The notes under the pieces were generated by a model. It did not search any database. It saw nothing but the letters and a program-made list of their open reading frames with translations, and had not been told where the DNA came from. Both the position numbers and the translations under genes were made by a program. From assembly GCF_044704955.1 (NCBI RefSeq), contig NC_091999.1, forward strand, positions 11,098,001-11,162,000: DNA of 64,000 nt, read 5' to 3'. Shown one piece after another: positions 23,510 through 36,749 of this stretch; position 1 is the stretch's first letter; each line of letters begins with the position of its first letter. Source of the stretch: Pristiophorus japonicus. Lineage: Eukaryota.

Positions 23510-24202
23510 GGCAAAGGGGAACTGTGCTAACATGGGTGGGGTGTTGTGCTGCACACCAGGAAAATATCAGAGATTGAATGGACGAGTGGTTATACAGTAA
23601 ATGACTGGGAAAATACAACCTTATCCGATCGGGATTCTCCAGTAAAATGCATTGCTATCAGTGTTGGGGTAAGTTAAATTTCTCAACCGTTTTCACCCAG
23701 TGATCAATTCAGACATTCCCACCACCAGTGTTGGCACAGACTTTCAGATCTCTGAGATGAACATAAGGATCAATGTCTACAAATCTCTATTAATAAATGT
23801 CCTGGATATGTTGCAGATCCTTCAGGTCACATTTCGAAAGCTATCTCTTCGATGCAGAAGGCAGTCCACTTCTGATGTCCCTCATAGTCTTGAGGCTATG
23901 ACTCGCAATGGAGCTCATTAGCTGTGGAGGGAACTCAGTGATAGCGGGGATGGAAACGGCTTTAGATCATATTTCGCTTTTGTATCATTCTGAAAGAGAG
24001 GGTGGAAGAAGGGAATAAATAACAACGATTGGTCCACAGCTGGTGTCAGTTCTGAGAGACCAGCCAATCCTGTCCCTGATAAATGCGCCTCATTCTCCCA
24101 ATAAGTTTGTCCCTGATCTCAGTATATTATTTTATATCAGATTATACACGTCAACATATTTAAAAATTCTGCTCTTTTCCTTCAAGCTCTAAAGCAGGCA
24201 CC

Positions 24203-24634
24203 ATGTTCTCAGCAAGTTACTTTCTGACAATAATGTTCATGCTGTCCGGTGGGTACATGTGAAAATGATGAGTGTGTATTTCATGGGTTACGTGTATAGC
24301 CAGACTTCTCACATATGCTCTATGTTGTTACAGGAACAAGTCGCCAAGCATTAGTGTCCCAGGATCCATCTGAATTAACGGTTCCAGAAGGAAATACCAT
24401 AATACTGAGTTGCACTTACTCGGAAGCTGCTATAACTCTGTTCTGGTACATTCAGTATCACGGGGAAGCTCCGAAATATTTACTGAAGAGAGATAGCTCG
24501 GCGACGGTCGGCCAGTCTGCAGATTTGCCAGAGCGGTTCTCTGCTGTTTTGCACAGTGACAACAAAACGGTTCCTTTAACTATCATCGGAATTCTTGTCT
24601 CCGACACCGCCATGTATATCTGTGCTATGAGGTC
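24203..24634 (+). CDS. TCR alpha/delta V segment, family A-like, apparently intact (leader 24203-24248, V exon 24334-24634)
   Basis: MFSASYFLTIMFMLS|GTSRQALVSQDPSELTVPEGNTIILSCTYSEAAITLFWYIQYHGEAPKYLLKRDSSATVGQSADLPERFSAVLHSDNKTVPLTIIGILVSDTAMYICAMRS. GT/AG intact. Confidence 0.9.
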
Positions 24635-24673
24635 CACACTGCTGCAGAGAGAAAGCGCATCCGTACAAAAACC
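24635..24673 (+). other. 23-RSS with consensus nonamer
   Basis: CACACTG + 23 nt + ACAAAAACC, followed immediately by CACACTG (24674-24680). Confidence 0.92.
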
Positions 24674-24697
24674 CACACTGAATATTCCAGCTTGTGT

Positions 24698-24711
24698 CTG
24701 CCAGAGGGCGC
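24698..24711 (+). promoter_or_regulatory. CTCF-like motif 3' of RSS
   Basis: CTGCCAGAGGGCGC, 24 nt beyond the nonamer. Confidence 0.7.
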
Positions 24712-25509
24712 TCTCTCACAGATAAACAGCAGTGATAATTCAGCATCCACAGCGAACGTCATGGGAATCTCCTTAAAAGGGCGACAAGTCACAATATTCA
24801 ATAAAACATGTGGAGTCCTCATGAGGAATTTGTTGATGATTTCAACTCGTATTTATAATAAAAACGTACTTTGCAAGACACGTATGAGCCGACTAATCTC
24901 ACCTTTTGTCCTTTCCCTATTGTCTCCAATTCTGGGCACCACATGTTAGCAAGGATACAATGGAGCTTTACCAGCGAGTAGGGACGTCAGCTTTGTGGAG
25001 AGATTGGAGAAGCTCGGGTTGTACACTTGAAAGCACAGAAGTATCAGGGCAGACCTGATAGAGGTATTGAACATTATGAGGGGTTTAAGTAGAGCAGGTT
25101 GGAAGAAACCACATCTCCTTCAAACTGAATCGCTGTAACCAGCTCCTCTGAGCCTGAGTCTGCACAACTAACACCTGCAGATGTTTAGCAATCGATAACT
25201 TTAAACTTTTATCATTGTATTATAACTGGATATCTTCAAGGTAATGGAATATACAGCAAATACGGGACAATGCACAAAAAGGGAAGATTCTCTATGTCAG
25301 TCACACGTGCAAGAGAGATGATTATATAACTGTAAAACTTTACAAGTTAAGAGAGCCGCAGGTGTGATGAATGAATAAAAAGTAACAGCCAACGTGTTTG
25401 CAGGGAGATTATGGCCGATTTCAACCTACGGGTTGAACCTGAAATATTTTAATCAAGGCTTGAAAAGATATTAAATAATAACTGACGTGCATTCATGACA
25501 GTGTCAGCA

Positions 25510-26040
25510 GGTGACATCCAATCTACGCACAGCTTTTTATTCTCCAATTCATCCAAGCAGGTCAGAGCTCCTTTGTAATCGAATTCATCCAATCAACTCA
25601 CAGCTGCCTTTTTCATCAATTCACCCAATCAGCTCACGGCTACTTTGGTCTCCAATTCATCCAATCAGCTCACCGTCCTTTCATTCTCCAAATCATCCAA
25701 TCATCTCAGTTCCCCTGATCGCCATTTCAGCCAATCAAAATTCAGCTCCTTTGTTCTACAATTTATCCAATCATGTTACAGTCATTTGTTCCCAAGTCAA
25801 CCAATCTGCTCACTGCGCTTTGTTCTCCAATTCAACCAATCAGCTTCCAGCTCCTTTGTTCTGCAAAGCTGGCAGCAGTGAAACGAGTGAAAAATTATTT
25901 ACAACAGAGATATGCCTGGGGATTAATCCCAATGTTGGCCCTTAAACAGACGATTAATCCCAATGTTGTCCGTTTAATAGAAGATTAAAGCCAATGTGGG
26001 CTTTTAACAAGTAAGTAAACCCAATGTTGACCGTTTAACA
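25510..26040. repeat. CCAAT-rich degenerate tandem array
   Basis: About 11 units of ttctccaattcatccaatcagctcac type, followed by ~30-bp gattaatcccaatgttg units. Confidence 0.8.
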
Positions 26041-26214
26041 GGAAAGGTATGTGCGGTGGAGACAGTGAAGGGATATAGTTAACGTTGTTCTGGTATCAGT
26101 GCCAGAGATCCCTTTCAACGACCTGCTCACTGACCATTAGAACCAACTGATATAAAAGTGATATTGCATGGAAGTTGACAGAGTCAACAACAGAGAAATT
26201 CGTAATTTTTAATA

Positions 26215-27283
26215 TTCAATAAGATCATGGCTGTTCTGGCCGTGGACTCAGCTCCACTTACCCGTCCGCTCCCCATAACCCTTAATTCCCTTATTAGTTA
26301 AAAATCTATCTATCTGTGACTTGAATACATTAAATGAGCTAGCCTCAACTGCTTCCTTGGGCAGATAATTCCACAGATTCACAACCCTCTGGGAGAAGGA
26401 ATTCCTTCTCAACTCGGTTTTAATTTGGCTCGCCCGTATTTTGAGGCTGTGCCCCCTAGTTTTAGTCTCCCCTACCAATGGAAACAACCTCTCTGCCTCT
26501 ATCTTGTCTATCCCTTTCATTATTTTAAATGTTTCTCAAAGATCTCCCCTCATCCTTCTGAACTCCAACGAGTAAAGACCCAGTCTACTTAATCTATCAT
26601 TATAAGGTATGCCCACATATCCGGAATCATACTAGTGAATCGTCTCTGTACCCCCTCCAAATCCAGTATATCCTTCCTTAAGTAAGGTGACCAAAACTGC
26701 ACGCAGTACTCCAGGTGCGGCCTCACCAATACCCTATACAGTTGCAGCAAGACCTCCCTGCTTTTGTACTCCACCCCTCTCGCAATGAAGGCCAACGTTC
26801 CATTCGCCTTCCTGATTACCTGCTGCATCTGAAAACTAACTTTTTGGGATTCATGCACAAGGACCCCCAGGTCCCACTGCACCTCAGCATGTTGTAATTT
26901 CTCCCCATTCAAATAATATTCCCTTTTACTGTTTTGTTTTCCCAAGGTGGATGACCTCACACTTTCAGACATTGTATTCCATCTGCCAAACCTTAGCCCA
27001 TTCGCTTAACCTATCCAAATCTTTGCAGCCTCTCTGTGTCCTCGACACAACCCGCTTTCCCACTAATCCTTGTGCCATCTGCAAATTTTGTTACACTACA
27101 TTCTGTCCTCTCTTCCAGGTCATCTCTGTATATTGTAAACAGTTGTGGTCCCAGTACCGATCCCTGTGGCACATCACTAACCACCGATTTCCAACCCGAA
27201 TAGGACCCATTTATCGTGACTCACTGCTTTCTGTTCGCCAGCCAATTCTCTATTCATGCTAATACATTTCCTCCGACTCCGCG
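26215..27283 (-). mobile_element. CR1 LINE 3' fragment
   Basis: RPHLEYCVQFWSPYLRKDI and TRGHSLKI on the minus strand. Confidence 0.88.
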
Positions 27284-28248
27284 TAAGGGGCCCCAGCTGT
27301 TTATATTGTACATTGATGATTTAGACGAGGGGATTAAATGCAGTATCTCCAAATTTGCGGATGACACTAAGTTGCGTGGAAGTGTGAGCTGCGAGGAGGA
27401 TGCTATGAGGCTGCAGAATGACGAGGATATGTTAAGTGAGTGGGGAAATGCAGGGCAGATGAAGTATAATGTGGATAAATGTGAGGTCAGCCACGTTGGT
27501 TGTAAAAACAGAAAGACAGACTATTATACGAATGTTGACAGATTAGGAAAAGGGGTAGTGCAACGAGACCTGGGTGTCATGGTACATCAGTCATTGAAGG
27601 TTGGCATGCAGGTATAGCAGGCGGTTAAGAAGGCAAATGGCAGTTGTTACTGCAGTTGTACAGGGCCTTGGTGAGGCCACACTTGGTATTGTGTACAGTT
27701 TTGGTCTCCTAACTTGAGGAAGGACATTCTTGTTATTTTGGGAGTGCAGCGAAAGTTCACCAGACTGATTCCCGGGATGGCGGGACTGACATATCAAGAA
27801 AGACTGGATCAACTGGGCTTGTATTCACTGGAGTTCAGAATGATGAGAGGGGATCTCATAGAAACGTTAAAATTCTGACGGGTTTAGACAGGTTAGAAGC
27901 AGGATGAATGTTCCCAATATTGGGCAAGTCCAGAACCAGGGGTCATGGTCTAAGGATAAGGGGTAAACAATTTAGGGCCTAGATGACGAAACACGACTTC
28001 ACCCAGAGAGTGGTGAAACTGTCGAATTCTCTACCACAGAAAGATGTTGAGGCCAATTGACTAAATATATTCAAAAAAGAGTTAGATGTCGTCCTGACTA
28101 CTAGGGGGATCAAGTGGTATGGCGAGAAAGCAGGACCCGGGTACTGAGGTTGCATGTTCAACCGTGAACTCATTGAATGGCGGTGCAGCCTCGAAGGGCC
28201 GAATGGCCTACTCCTGCACCTATTTTCTATGTTTCTATGTTTCTATGT
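27284..28248 (+). mobile_element. CR1 LINE 3' fragment
   Basis: [22 protein letters not shown]. (tttctatg)3 tail. Confidence 0.88.
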
Positions 28249-28676
28249 TTAAACTGGTGCAATGTATATGGTGGGGGCAGGAAAGGGAATCATTTAATGT
28301 TGTATATGTATCAATAGAGGTTCCCATTACAGAAGCTGCTCACTGACCTTTAGATCTACTCACTGCTGATATAAGGTTTAATATAGACAGCCAGCGGGTC
28401 CTGTGGCATTTGAACACAACGACACGGTAATTTATACAAACGTCAGCTGTTACATGAATGAAATTGGGAATGACTGAGATGTTTCAGCAGAATGAGAGGA
28501 TGCGAGCAGCGAATAGATCAATGATGCTACGGTGAGCTGATCTTGAAAATATTGACATCATGTCATTAATTAGATTTTAAATATTTTAATATTAAGTATT
28601 CAATAAGGGAACTGAATGGTGTTGTCCGTCTGCAACTCGCCCTCACACTGAAAAAAAGAGTGAATACATCTGCCCA

Positions 28677-28690
28677 ATGCCCTCTGGTGG
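28677..28690 (-). promoter_or_regulatory. CTCF-like motif (intergenic)
   Basis: Minus strand CCACCAGAGGGCAT. Confidence 0.5.
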
Positions 28691-29169
28691 CAAATCCCTA
28701 AATCTACCAGATACAAATCCTGCCTTCTTGCAGTTCACAAGATCACTGAGAAAGAGTGAAGCTTGTCGGCTTGTCTTTTCTCATCCACCAGAGAAATCCT
28801 AACTCCCACTGCTCATTATAGCCTCATTCGTTTCCTGAAACGATTCTAGCGTATTTACCTCCTGCTCTCAATATTCCACACATTAATCACTCCGTGTGTG
28901 TGCGAAGAATTTCCTGATACCTGTCCTGAAGTGACTTATTATACATTGAATCCGTGTCTCCAGGTTCAACTTCCACATTTCAGTGTAAATTAATATTGGG
29001 AGTTAGTTCTTAATGCTGTCAATCCTCTCGGGGTCATTTCAGTCGTGCGCTGGGATACAATGCTGTTTACGTCAGCTCCGGTGCCCATCTCATTCATCAT
29101 TCATCCTCAGAGGAAGGGATCAGGCGACTATTTATTTCTTCTCCTCCCATTTTACTAGCCTCACTCAAA

Positions 29170-29480
29170 CCTTCCATTTGCTTCTCACACTTTGACCCAC
29201 CGTCCCTGCCCTGAGTTATTGAAGTGATTGCAACTGCAGTCCCTTGGTTGATATTTGTTGGATGAACAGTGCAGTAAGGCAGTCATCTGTATTTCTGCTC
29301 CGACAGAGGATTTCCTGGACTGGAGAGATCCAGACTTAGGGGCATCATGCAAAACTGTCCCGCACGTCACCTCATCATTATAGCACTTCTCAGTAAGTAA
29401 GACCTACCCAGAAAAAAATCGATTCTTCACCTGACTGCTGCAACCCAGGGGTTATTATTGGTAATTTGATGGTGGCGCTG
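29170..29480 (+). pseudogene. Orphan family B promoter plus leader (copy 2)
   Basis: ATG at 29347, decayed leader to 29392, GTAAGT donor, no V exon. Confidence 0.75.
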
Positions 29481-29789
29481 ATTCTGCATCAAACACGTTT
29501 CCTCTTATCTCTAATAGCACCATTCTTAGGTTCAGAATTGCAAACACGCGATACTCTGCCTTTTCTCCGTTTGAAAATGTATTTTCAGACCTGAATCATG
29601 GAGATTCTGTCACTCCGACGCTGTCTTCAAGAGTGAAGTCTGAAGCAGAAGGGAAGACTTATTGTTGGTTTTGCTTTCTTGCCCTTTTAAGAATCTCCCC
29701 GCGACTCTGACGGCGGAGGGTGAATTATTGCTTCTGATTATCGTATCAGACCGCCATCTGGTGTGGAGCAACTGGAACTCTGTAGTTTG

Positions 29790-29829
29790 CGTTTTTGTAC
29801 GGGATCCACGATAACTTTGGAGAAGTGTG
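29790..29829 (-). other. RSS with 24-bp spacer
   Basis: CACACTT + 24 nt + ACAAAAACG. CTCF-like ACACCAGATGGCGG at 29764-29751. Confidence 0.8.
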
Positions 29830-30329
29830 GGCTCCACGGCACAGAAATACACGGTGATGTCGGAGATCAGGTTTTGCTGATCGTGAACTCGGTAATCTTT
29901 TTAATTTTAATAAACGTTGAGAAGAATCGATCAGTGATGTCAGTGTTCCTGTATACATCCCCTCCCAGAAGATGAAGACGTATTGTGGAGCCTTCCCATC
30001 GTGCTGAATGTAGCAGTACACATAAGGGTTAGTATCGCTTCTTTTCAGGGTGCAGGCTTGTGTGACATTAGTTCGCTCCTCAACCATCATTTCAGGGACC
30101 GGCTGTTCCACTTTGTTTTGATTGCTCCATTATAAAAGAAAATAATACAATGAATCATCATGATTATCATCACCATCATCTCAATGAACATAATCATAAT
30201 CATCAATATCATGTTACCTATAGTAACACCTGAGATACAGTATTCAGGGGAGGAATAATTTTTAATGGGCAGGAAGTACTTACTTAGAAGTGATATAACA
30301 ATGAGCAGCGATGCAAGACGGTTTCGCAT
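29830..30329 (-). pseudogene. TCR alpha/delta V pseudogene, family B
   Basis: Leader 30329-30284 MRNRLASLLIVISLL. Acceptor AG changed to AT, Trp changed to Cys (YCYIQ), and frameshifts. Ends VYFCAVEP. Confidence 0.88.
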
Positions 30330-31049
30330 GACGCTCACTCAGTCTGTAACTCTGCAGTCCTGGAAATCCTCTGTGGGAACAGAATTAAAGATCCCCGCCC
30401 CACTGCACTGCTGATCCCACCAAAGCCAACAGGGAGCAGCGGCAGCAATCTCTCCAATAACACAGGGCTGGCAAGGCAGGTCAGAGCAAGAGCGGAAAAT
30501 GGAAGCTGTGGGCGGGACTGCCGTGGGCAGTGCTACTGCAAAATTTGTCAATGTAATTCCAGTTGATAACGGCGAGAGACATGTGACCACAGCGCCCTCT
30601 GACAGTGACTCTGAGGACTTCAAACAGAGTAAAGTGTGAGTTGATCGATGGGGTGGTTTCCAGCGGTCAGTTGTGCGAATTCAACTGTCTAAATAGGCAG
30701 AAGCGAAATGTGAGTGAATGTAAAGCAAAGGATATTTTACTTTATTTCTGAATATGTGGATGGCTTTCTGTTACCTATTCACGCTGTCCTTATTACGTTA
30801 CTTATCACCTTCTTTCAGTTCTCTTTCCCCGCTTTTCTCATTTGCACTTTCATTATTGCACGGCTTTATCTCTTTGTCTTTCTCATTCTTTCTTTCATAC
30901 TTTCACTTTCTTTCGCTCTACCTAAGTTTCCAGCTCTTTTCATTCATCACTTTATTTAAATCTTTCTGTTCTCTATTTCCTAATTGTTCTCTGATTCTGT
31001 GAGCTCTTCCTGTGCTGTACATTCCATGTAATTCTTACATTTTGTCGAA

Positions 31050-31364
31050 AGGTGCACTGAGTTTGGCCCAGATTTGTCTAACTGACTGAGACTTGGATGC
31101 GGAAGGAAATCCTTTCAGAATCCAGCGCGGCATCAGCACGACCGACAATATCTGTTAGTACAGCCGACTGGTGAGCGCGGCCCAGAGATACATCCGTTGT
31201 GGATTCAAAGCAGAACGCCACCAAGGCTGGTTTGAGATCCACACCGAGTTGGATCAAATTCTGAGCACACTGGGCTTTGGCCAGGCAGAGTTGGCGGATT
31301 TCTGAACCTATTGCTGTGCTGCGGGCCACAGTGTGGGGAAAAACCCCGCTCTTGTACAACTTCT
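31050..31364 (+). pseudogene. Divergent V pseudogene (psiVx copy 2)
   Basis: Homologous to 8147-8451, with Trp changed to TAG. Ends TYCCAAG + CACAGTG (31327-31333) + 22 nt + ACAACTTCT. Confidence 0.75.
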
Positions 31365-31959
31365 CCTCTCTGAGCAAATTCTGAATAGATTGGGTCACAG
31401 TCAAATCGATTCCGAAAACGGCCAGTTCAGTCCAAGGGCAGTGGTCTATACGCAATTATATTTCGTAATATAAATTAAGATGAAATTCCTTTTGATTTCA
31501 CATTTCAGCTCATTGAAGTATTACATTTCCTTACAGATGTGTTCTCTTTCCCATCGCTTATTATAGCACCTGGTTTTAACCAACTTTACTGTTAAAGATT
31601 AAGGTAACTATTGAATAATGTAATCATGTAATAATTCTAGAATTCCTTTCGCCAATCAGCTAGACTCGAATATGTGATGAATGTGGAACTAACGCAGCTC
31701 TTATCGAGAGGATGAGTTGAAAATTTGAGAAGGGGACTTTATTATAAATCGATGCTACGTGTGACAACGCTATCCGTGACAGCCACACCCACAGCTTCCT
31801 TTTGCTGCTGTCGCTTTGCCCCGCCTTGCCTGCCCTGTGTAATTGGAGAGATCACTGTCGCTGTTCCCTGCTTCACATTGGTTGGACCAGCAGTGCAGTG
31901 GAGCGGTGATCTATATTGCTGCTTCAACAGACAGCAGAGTTACGAACTCAGGGAGCATC

Positions 31960-32417
31960 ATGTGGAAACGTCGCGCACTGCTCGCCATAATTATATCACT
32001 TCTCAATAAGTATTTCCATCACAAAATAATAATTCTTCCCCCAATATTATTATTGGTAAATTGATAATGAAGATGATAATGTGATGATGACTATTACTAT
32101 TATTTTACATTAGAATGGAGCCAACAAGACACAGTGGAACAGTCGGTTCTCGAAATGAAGGTTGAAGAGGAAAGTAATGTCACACTAAACTGCACATTGA
32201 AAACCAGCTATTCTAGCCCGTATGTTTTCTGGTACAGTCAGCACCCTGGGCAGCCCCCACAGTAGGTGTTTTATCTGTATGGATCGAGATTAAACCTAAA
32301 CCCCAATTTCACTGAGCGATTATCTTCGGCATGTCATAAATCTTCCAAGATAACTGAACTAACGATCTGCAAGGCCGTGATCTCAGACAGCGCCATGTAT
32401 TTCTGTGCCATGATTCC
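31960..32417 (+). pseudogene. TCR alpha/delta V pseudogene, family B
   Basis: Leader 31960-32005 with donor GT changed to AT. V exon 32114-32417 with TAG at 32263-32265. Ends SDSAMYFCAMIP. Confidence 0.88.
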
Positions 32418-32457
32418 CACACTGGTGCAGAGAGACAGCGCATCCCGCACAAAAACC
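32418..32457 (+). other. RSS with 24-bp spacer and consensus nonamer
   Basis: CACACTG + gtgcagagagacagcgcatcccgc (24 nt) + ACAAAAACC. CTCF-like TCACCAGAAGGCGC at 32482-32495. Confidence 0.88.
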
Positions 32458-33061
32458 GACACTGAGAGTTCCAGACAGTGCTCACCAGAAGGCGCTCTCA
32501 ACCTGTTAAACAGAAGCGATAATTCAGCTTGAGATTCACAGAGACCTTCTTAAATTGACAAATAAAACACAATTACTAACAAGAGACAGTGACGTCCACC
32601 GGTGGAATTATATTAGATGTGCATCTCACTCCTTGTCTCCAGTCTTTATGCAGAATCATTTGAATGTTCTTCTTCCTTTCTTTAGTTTAACAATGTAAAA
32701 CCTGTGCGTCAGCTCGTGTCTCTGGTTCTCTCGCTGCAGTTCTTTCCCTGTCACTCTATTTCACTATCTATCTTTTTCACTATCTCTATGGCTCTCCTCT
32801 CCAGCTGACTCTCTCTGCATGCATCTCATTAGATCCCTGTCTGTGTCTGTCTATCACCCTCTCTTTCTGTCGCTCTGTCTCTCATCGTGTCCCTTTTTCT
32901 TTATCACTCTCTCACGCTCCCTCCGTTCTTCACTCTGTCTCTCTCTCTCTGTCGCAATCTCTCATTGTTTCACTCTCTTATTATCTCTCACTCTCTTCCC
33001 CTCTGTTTATTTCAATCTGTTTCTCTATTTATTTCTCTACACCTGTCTCTCCCTATATTTC

Positions 33062-33092
<31 letters not shown>

Positions 33093-33679
33093 CTTTTTCG
33101 AAATGGTGCCATGGGATCATTTACATTCACTGGAAAGGGCAGACATTGCATCGGTTTAACGCCTCATCCAAAAGACAGCATCTCTGATAATTATACATTG
33201 CATCACATTTACCTGTCTGAGTTGTGATTGCATTAAACCAACTCTCTGTTTATATTATTTTTGACACTGTTATATCTATGAGTTGAGGCAGAGAAAATGA
33301 AAAGTTTGCATGTTCTGCTACTCACCACGTAATCTCTTGGTGGGAGCTAATAATCGAGAGTGCAGTAGTTAATTTCTACTATGGCCGTTTCGAAATACTA
33401 ATTCAGATGATTTACAAATCAGTAAGAAACATTTATCTGTCAAAATGACCTTGACTTTCCCGGCTCTGTCCCTTATCAGACTCTGATACCATACATAACG
33501 TGGTTTTCTCTTGAATGTTCCGTGAAGTGTCCCAGTTTCAAATGGGTGCAAAGAGCAGAAATGCAACAGTTCAAGTAAAGGGCCACCATCAGCTTATCAA
33601 GAGGAATCTGGGGAATGGACAATAATTGTTCGGCTCCTCAGCGACGCTGGTCACCCGAGAATTAATAAGAAAGCGAAAC

Positions 33680-35265
33680 CTTAGAACATAAGAAAATAAG
33701 AAATGGGAGCAGGATGAGGCCATTTGGCTCCTCGAGCCTGCTCCACCATTCAAAATGATCATGGCTGATCTGATCTTGGCCTCAACCCCACTTCCCCGCC
33801 CGATTTTCACAACCCTTGACCCCCGTATCGTTCAAAAACCTGTATAGATCCGTCTTAAATACATTCAATGATCCAGACTTTACAGGTCTCTGAGGTGGAG
33901 AATACCAAAAAAGATGAATCCTCATTTTGGAATTAAATGGGCGAACGCTTATTCTGAAACTGTGCCCACGAGTTGTCGATTCCCCCACTAGGTGAAATAT
34001 CCTCTCTGCATGTACCGTGTTAAGATCACTCAGAATCTTACAGCTTTCAACAAGACCACCTCTCGGTCTTCTAAACTCCTATTAGTATATGCCCATCCTG
34101 CTCAACCTTTCTTCAAAAGGCAACCGTTTCATCTCAGCAATCAACCTCGTGAAATATCTCTGAACTGCCTCGAATGCATTTATATCCTTCCCTAAATACA
34201 GGTATCAAACTGTACACAGTACTCCGCGTGTGGTCTCACCAGTACCCTGTACAGTAGTAGCAAGACGTCTCTGCTTTTATATTCTATCTCCTTTGCAATA
34301 AAGGCCAACATTCCATTTGCCTTCCTAATTACTTGCTGTACCTGCATGCTAACTTTTTGTGTTTCATGTACAAGGACCCACAGATCTCTCTGTACCACTG
34401 CATTTTATAATCTCTCCACAATTAAAATAATTATTAGCTTTTTATTATTTTTACCAAAGTCGATAACCTCACATTTGTGCACAATATACTCCATCTGTCA
34501 ACTTGTTGCCTACTTAATTACTCGATCTATATCCCTTTGTAGATACTTTCCATCCTCCACACAACTTGCTTTCCAACTTATTTTTGTATCATCAGCAAAT
34601 TTGGTTATACTACTTTCGATCCCTTCATCAAAGTCATTAATATAAATTGTAAATAGTTGAGGCCCCAGCACTGATCCCTTTGGCACACCACTAGTTACGG
34701 TTTGCCAATATGAAAATGAACCATTTTCCCGACTCTCTGAATTCTGTTAGTTTGCCAATCCACTATCAACGCTAAAATAAACCCCAAAACAGTGTACTCT
34801 TATTTTGTGCAGTAATCTTTTATGTGGCACCTTATTGAATGTTTTCTGGAAATCCAAATACGTGACATCTACTGGATACCCTATATCCACCCTGCTCGTT
34901 TCTTCCTCACAGAACTCGAGCATATTTGTCAAACATGATTTCCCTTTCATAAGACCATGCTGACACTGCTTGACTGCATTATGATTTTCTAAAAGACCTG
35001 CCACTTCTTAATGATGGACTGCAGCATTTCCCCAAAGACAGATATTAGGCTAACTGGGCTATAGTTTGCTGCTTTCTGTCTCACTCCTTTCTTAAATAGC
35101 AGCATCGCATTGGCGGGTTTCCAGTCTGCTGTGACCTCGCCAGAATCCAAGGAATTTTGGTAGATTACAAGCATTGGATCCAGTATCTCTACAGCCACCT
35201 TCTTTAAGGCTATAGGATGGATGCCATCTGTTCCAGGGGACTTACCTACATTTAGACACATTAGT
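33680..35265 (-). mobile_element. CR1 LINE 3' portion (paralog of 10818-13665)
   Basis: KSPGTDGIHP, YLDFQKTFNKVPH, RPHAEYCVQF. Same insertion point as in unit 1. Confidence 0.88.
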
Positions 35266-36749
35266 TTGATTTAATAGGCAATTTCATTTATTTCTGTTTG
35301 CTGCCAGTGATTGGCCACTAGATTTTTAGAAATATGGAAAAGCTTGAGGGGATGAATGACCAACTGCTATATTCCTACTGATTTTTTATGCTAGGATATG
35401 TAAATAAATGAATTCATATTGTCTATATTTTCAAGCAAAGTTACATGTTCTCCTTTAGGATAACTGATCCTACTTCACAATATCAATTATTAGCCAATAG
35501 AAGGAATTGCTGTTTGACAACCGACTGAATGAACGAATACTTCAAGTGTTAAACTTAATTTTCTTCACATTCTTATTCAAAGTCCTATCAGCTCCCTGCA
35601 AGTACCAAATCGAACAGAAGCAACTGTGACGGTGCATGGCTCCTTTCAGAGCTGATATCACGTGGTCACAGCGGTGAGTCAGGATTCACAGGCCGTACCA
35701 AATGGGGCTTCCGTGCTCTGCAGGACATGGCCTGCGACCCCTGATCTTGACTCAATGGGAGAAACAGTCAGTCTTGGTGCTGTAACCTGAAAAAAGGCTG
35801 GTGGCGTCATCCATTGCAGGGCACACTGGCGGGCAACACATTGTGACATACAGTCCGCCATCTTTGTGTGACGTAACACGTTGTGAAATACTTCCGTTAT
35901 TTACATAAATGGTTCGATTGAAACGAACGGTTACTTCAATTCACTCGAAAACAACTTTGGTATCTTAATCGATAAAAGAGAGAAGTTTACAATTGTCGCT
36001 AGAACGGTTGGTGAGGTGATCATGTCCGATCTTATCTCCCAGAGTACAGCGGGACCCGTGTACCAGTTAGCAGCTTTTCTCTGCTGATGTGAATTGTGGG
36101 AGATGCAGCCCTCAATGGCCCGGACATCAACCGAGTGAATCCGGCAAAAGATACTTTTTTGGAGTGAGAAAAGCAATTCTTTCGACAGAAGTAGCTGCTC
36201 CTGTGGAATAACTGCATGAGATATTACAATAGGTAAACTGGATAGGAGTCTCTAACGAGGATTTTAAAGGGTGTGAGGAGCGAGAAGAAATTGCATACTT
36301 GATGGGCTTAATCACTCCCTGAAACTTACTGAGCCCGGTGTCAGCGGGAACAGGACAGCGAAACCAGATGTATTTAGAATGGAGGGCGGCCCCGGAGAGT
36401 GGGTCTCGTGGAAGAGGAATTGGGGCAGAGACAGAGTTTAACCATCATCGGCACCAATTCCCAAACTTCCTGCAACCGCCTTTTTAAGAGTCGTTAATGT
36501 AACTACCGTTAATTAAATATGCTATTAAAACTCAAGAGGCATCATGCCTGAACTCCAAGAATTTTGAGGAAAAGGAGCGCTACATCAGCAAAAAATATTC
36601 CGGATGAAATTCGAGTTTGATTAGAAAGATCGGGAGATGTTCCACTCGCAACGAGGCACTGAATGAATCCGATGAGTGGCTAAAGGACATGCAGCGAACC
36701 TTCAGGAAAACAGGGAGTGAATGTCTGAAGAAAAATAGCGGAAAAACAG

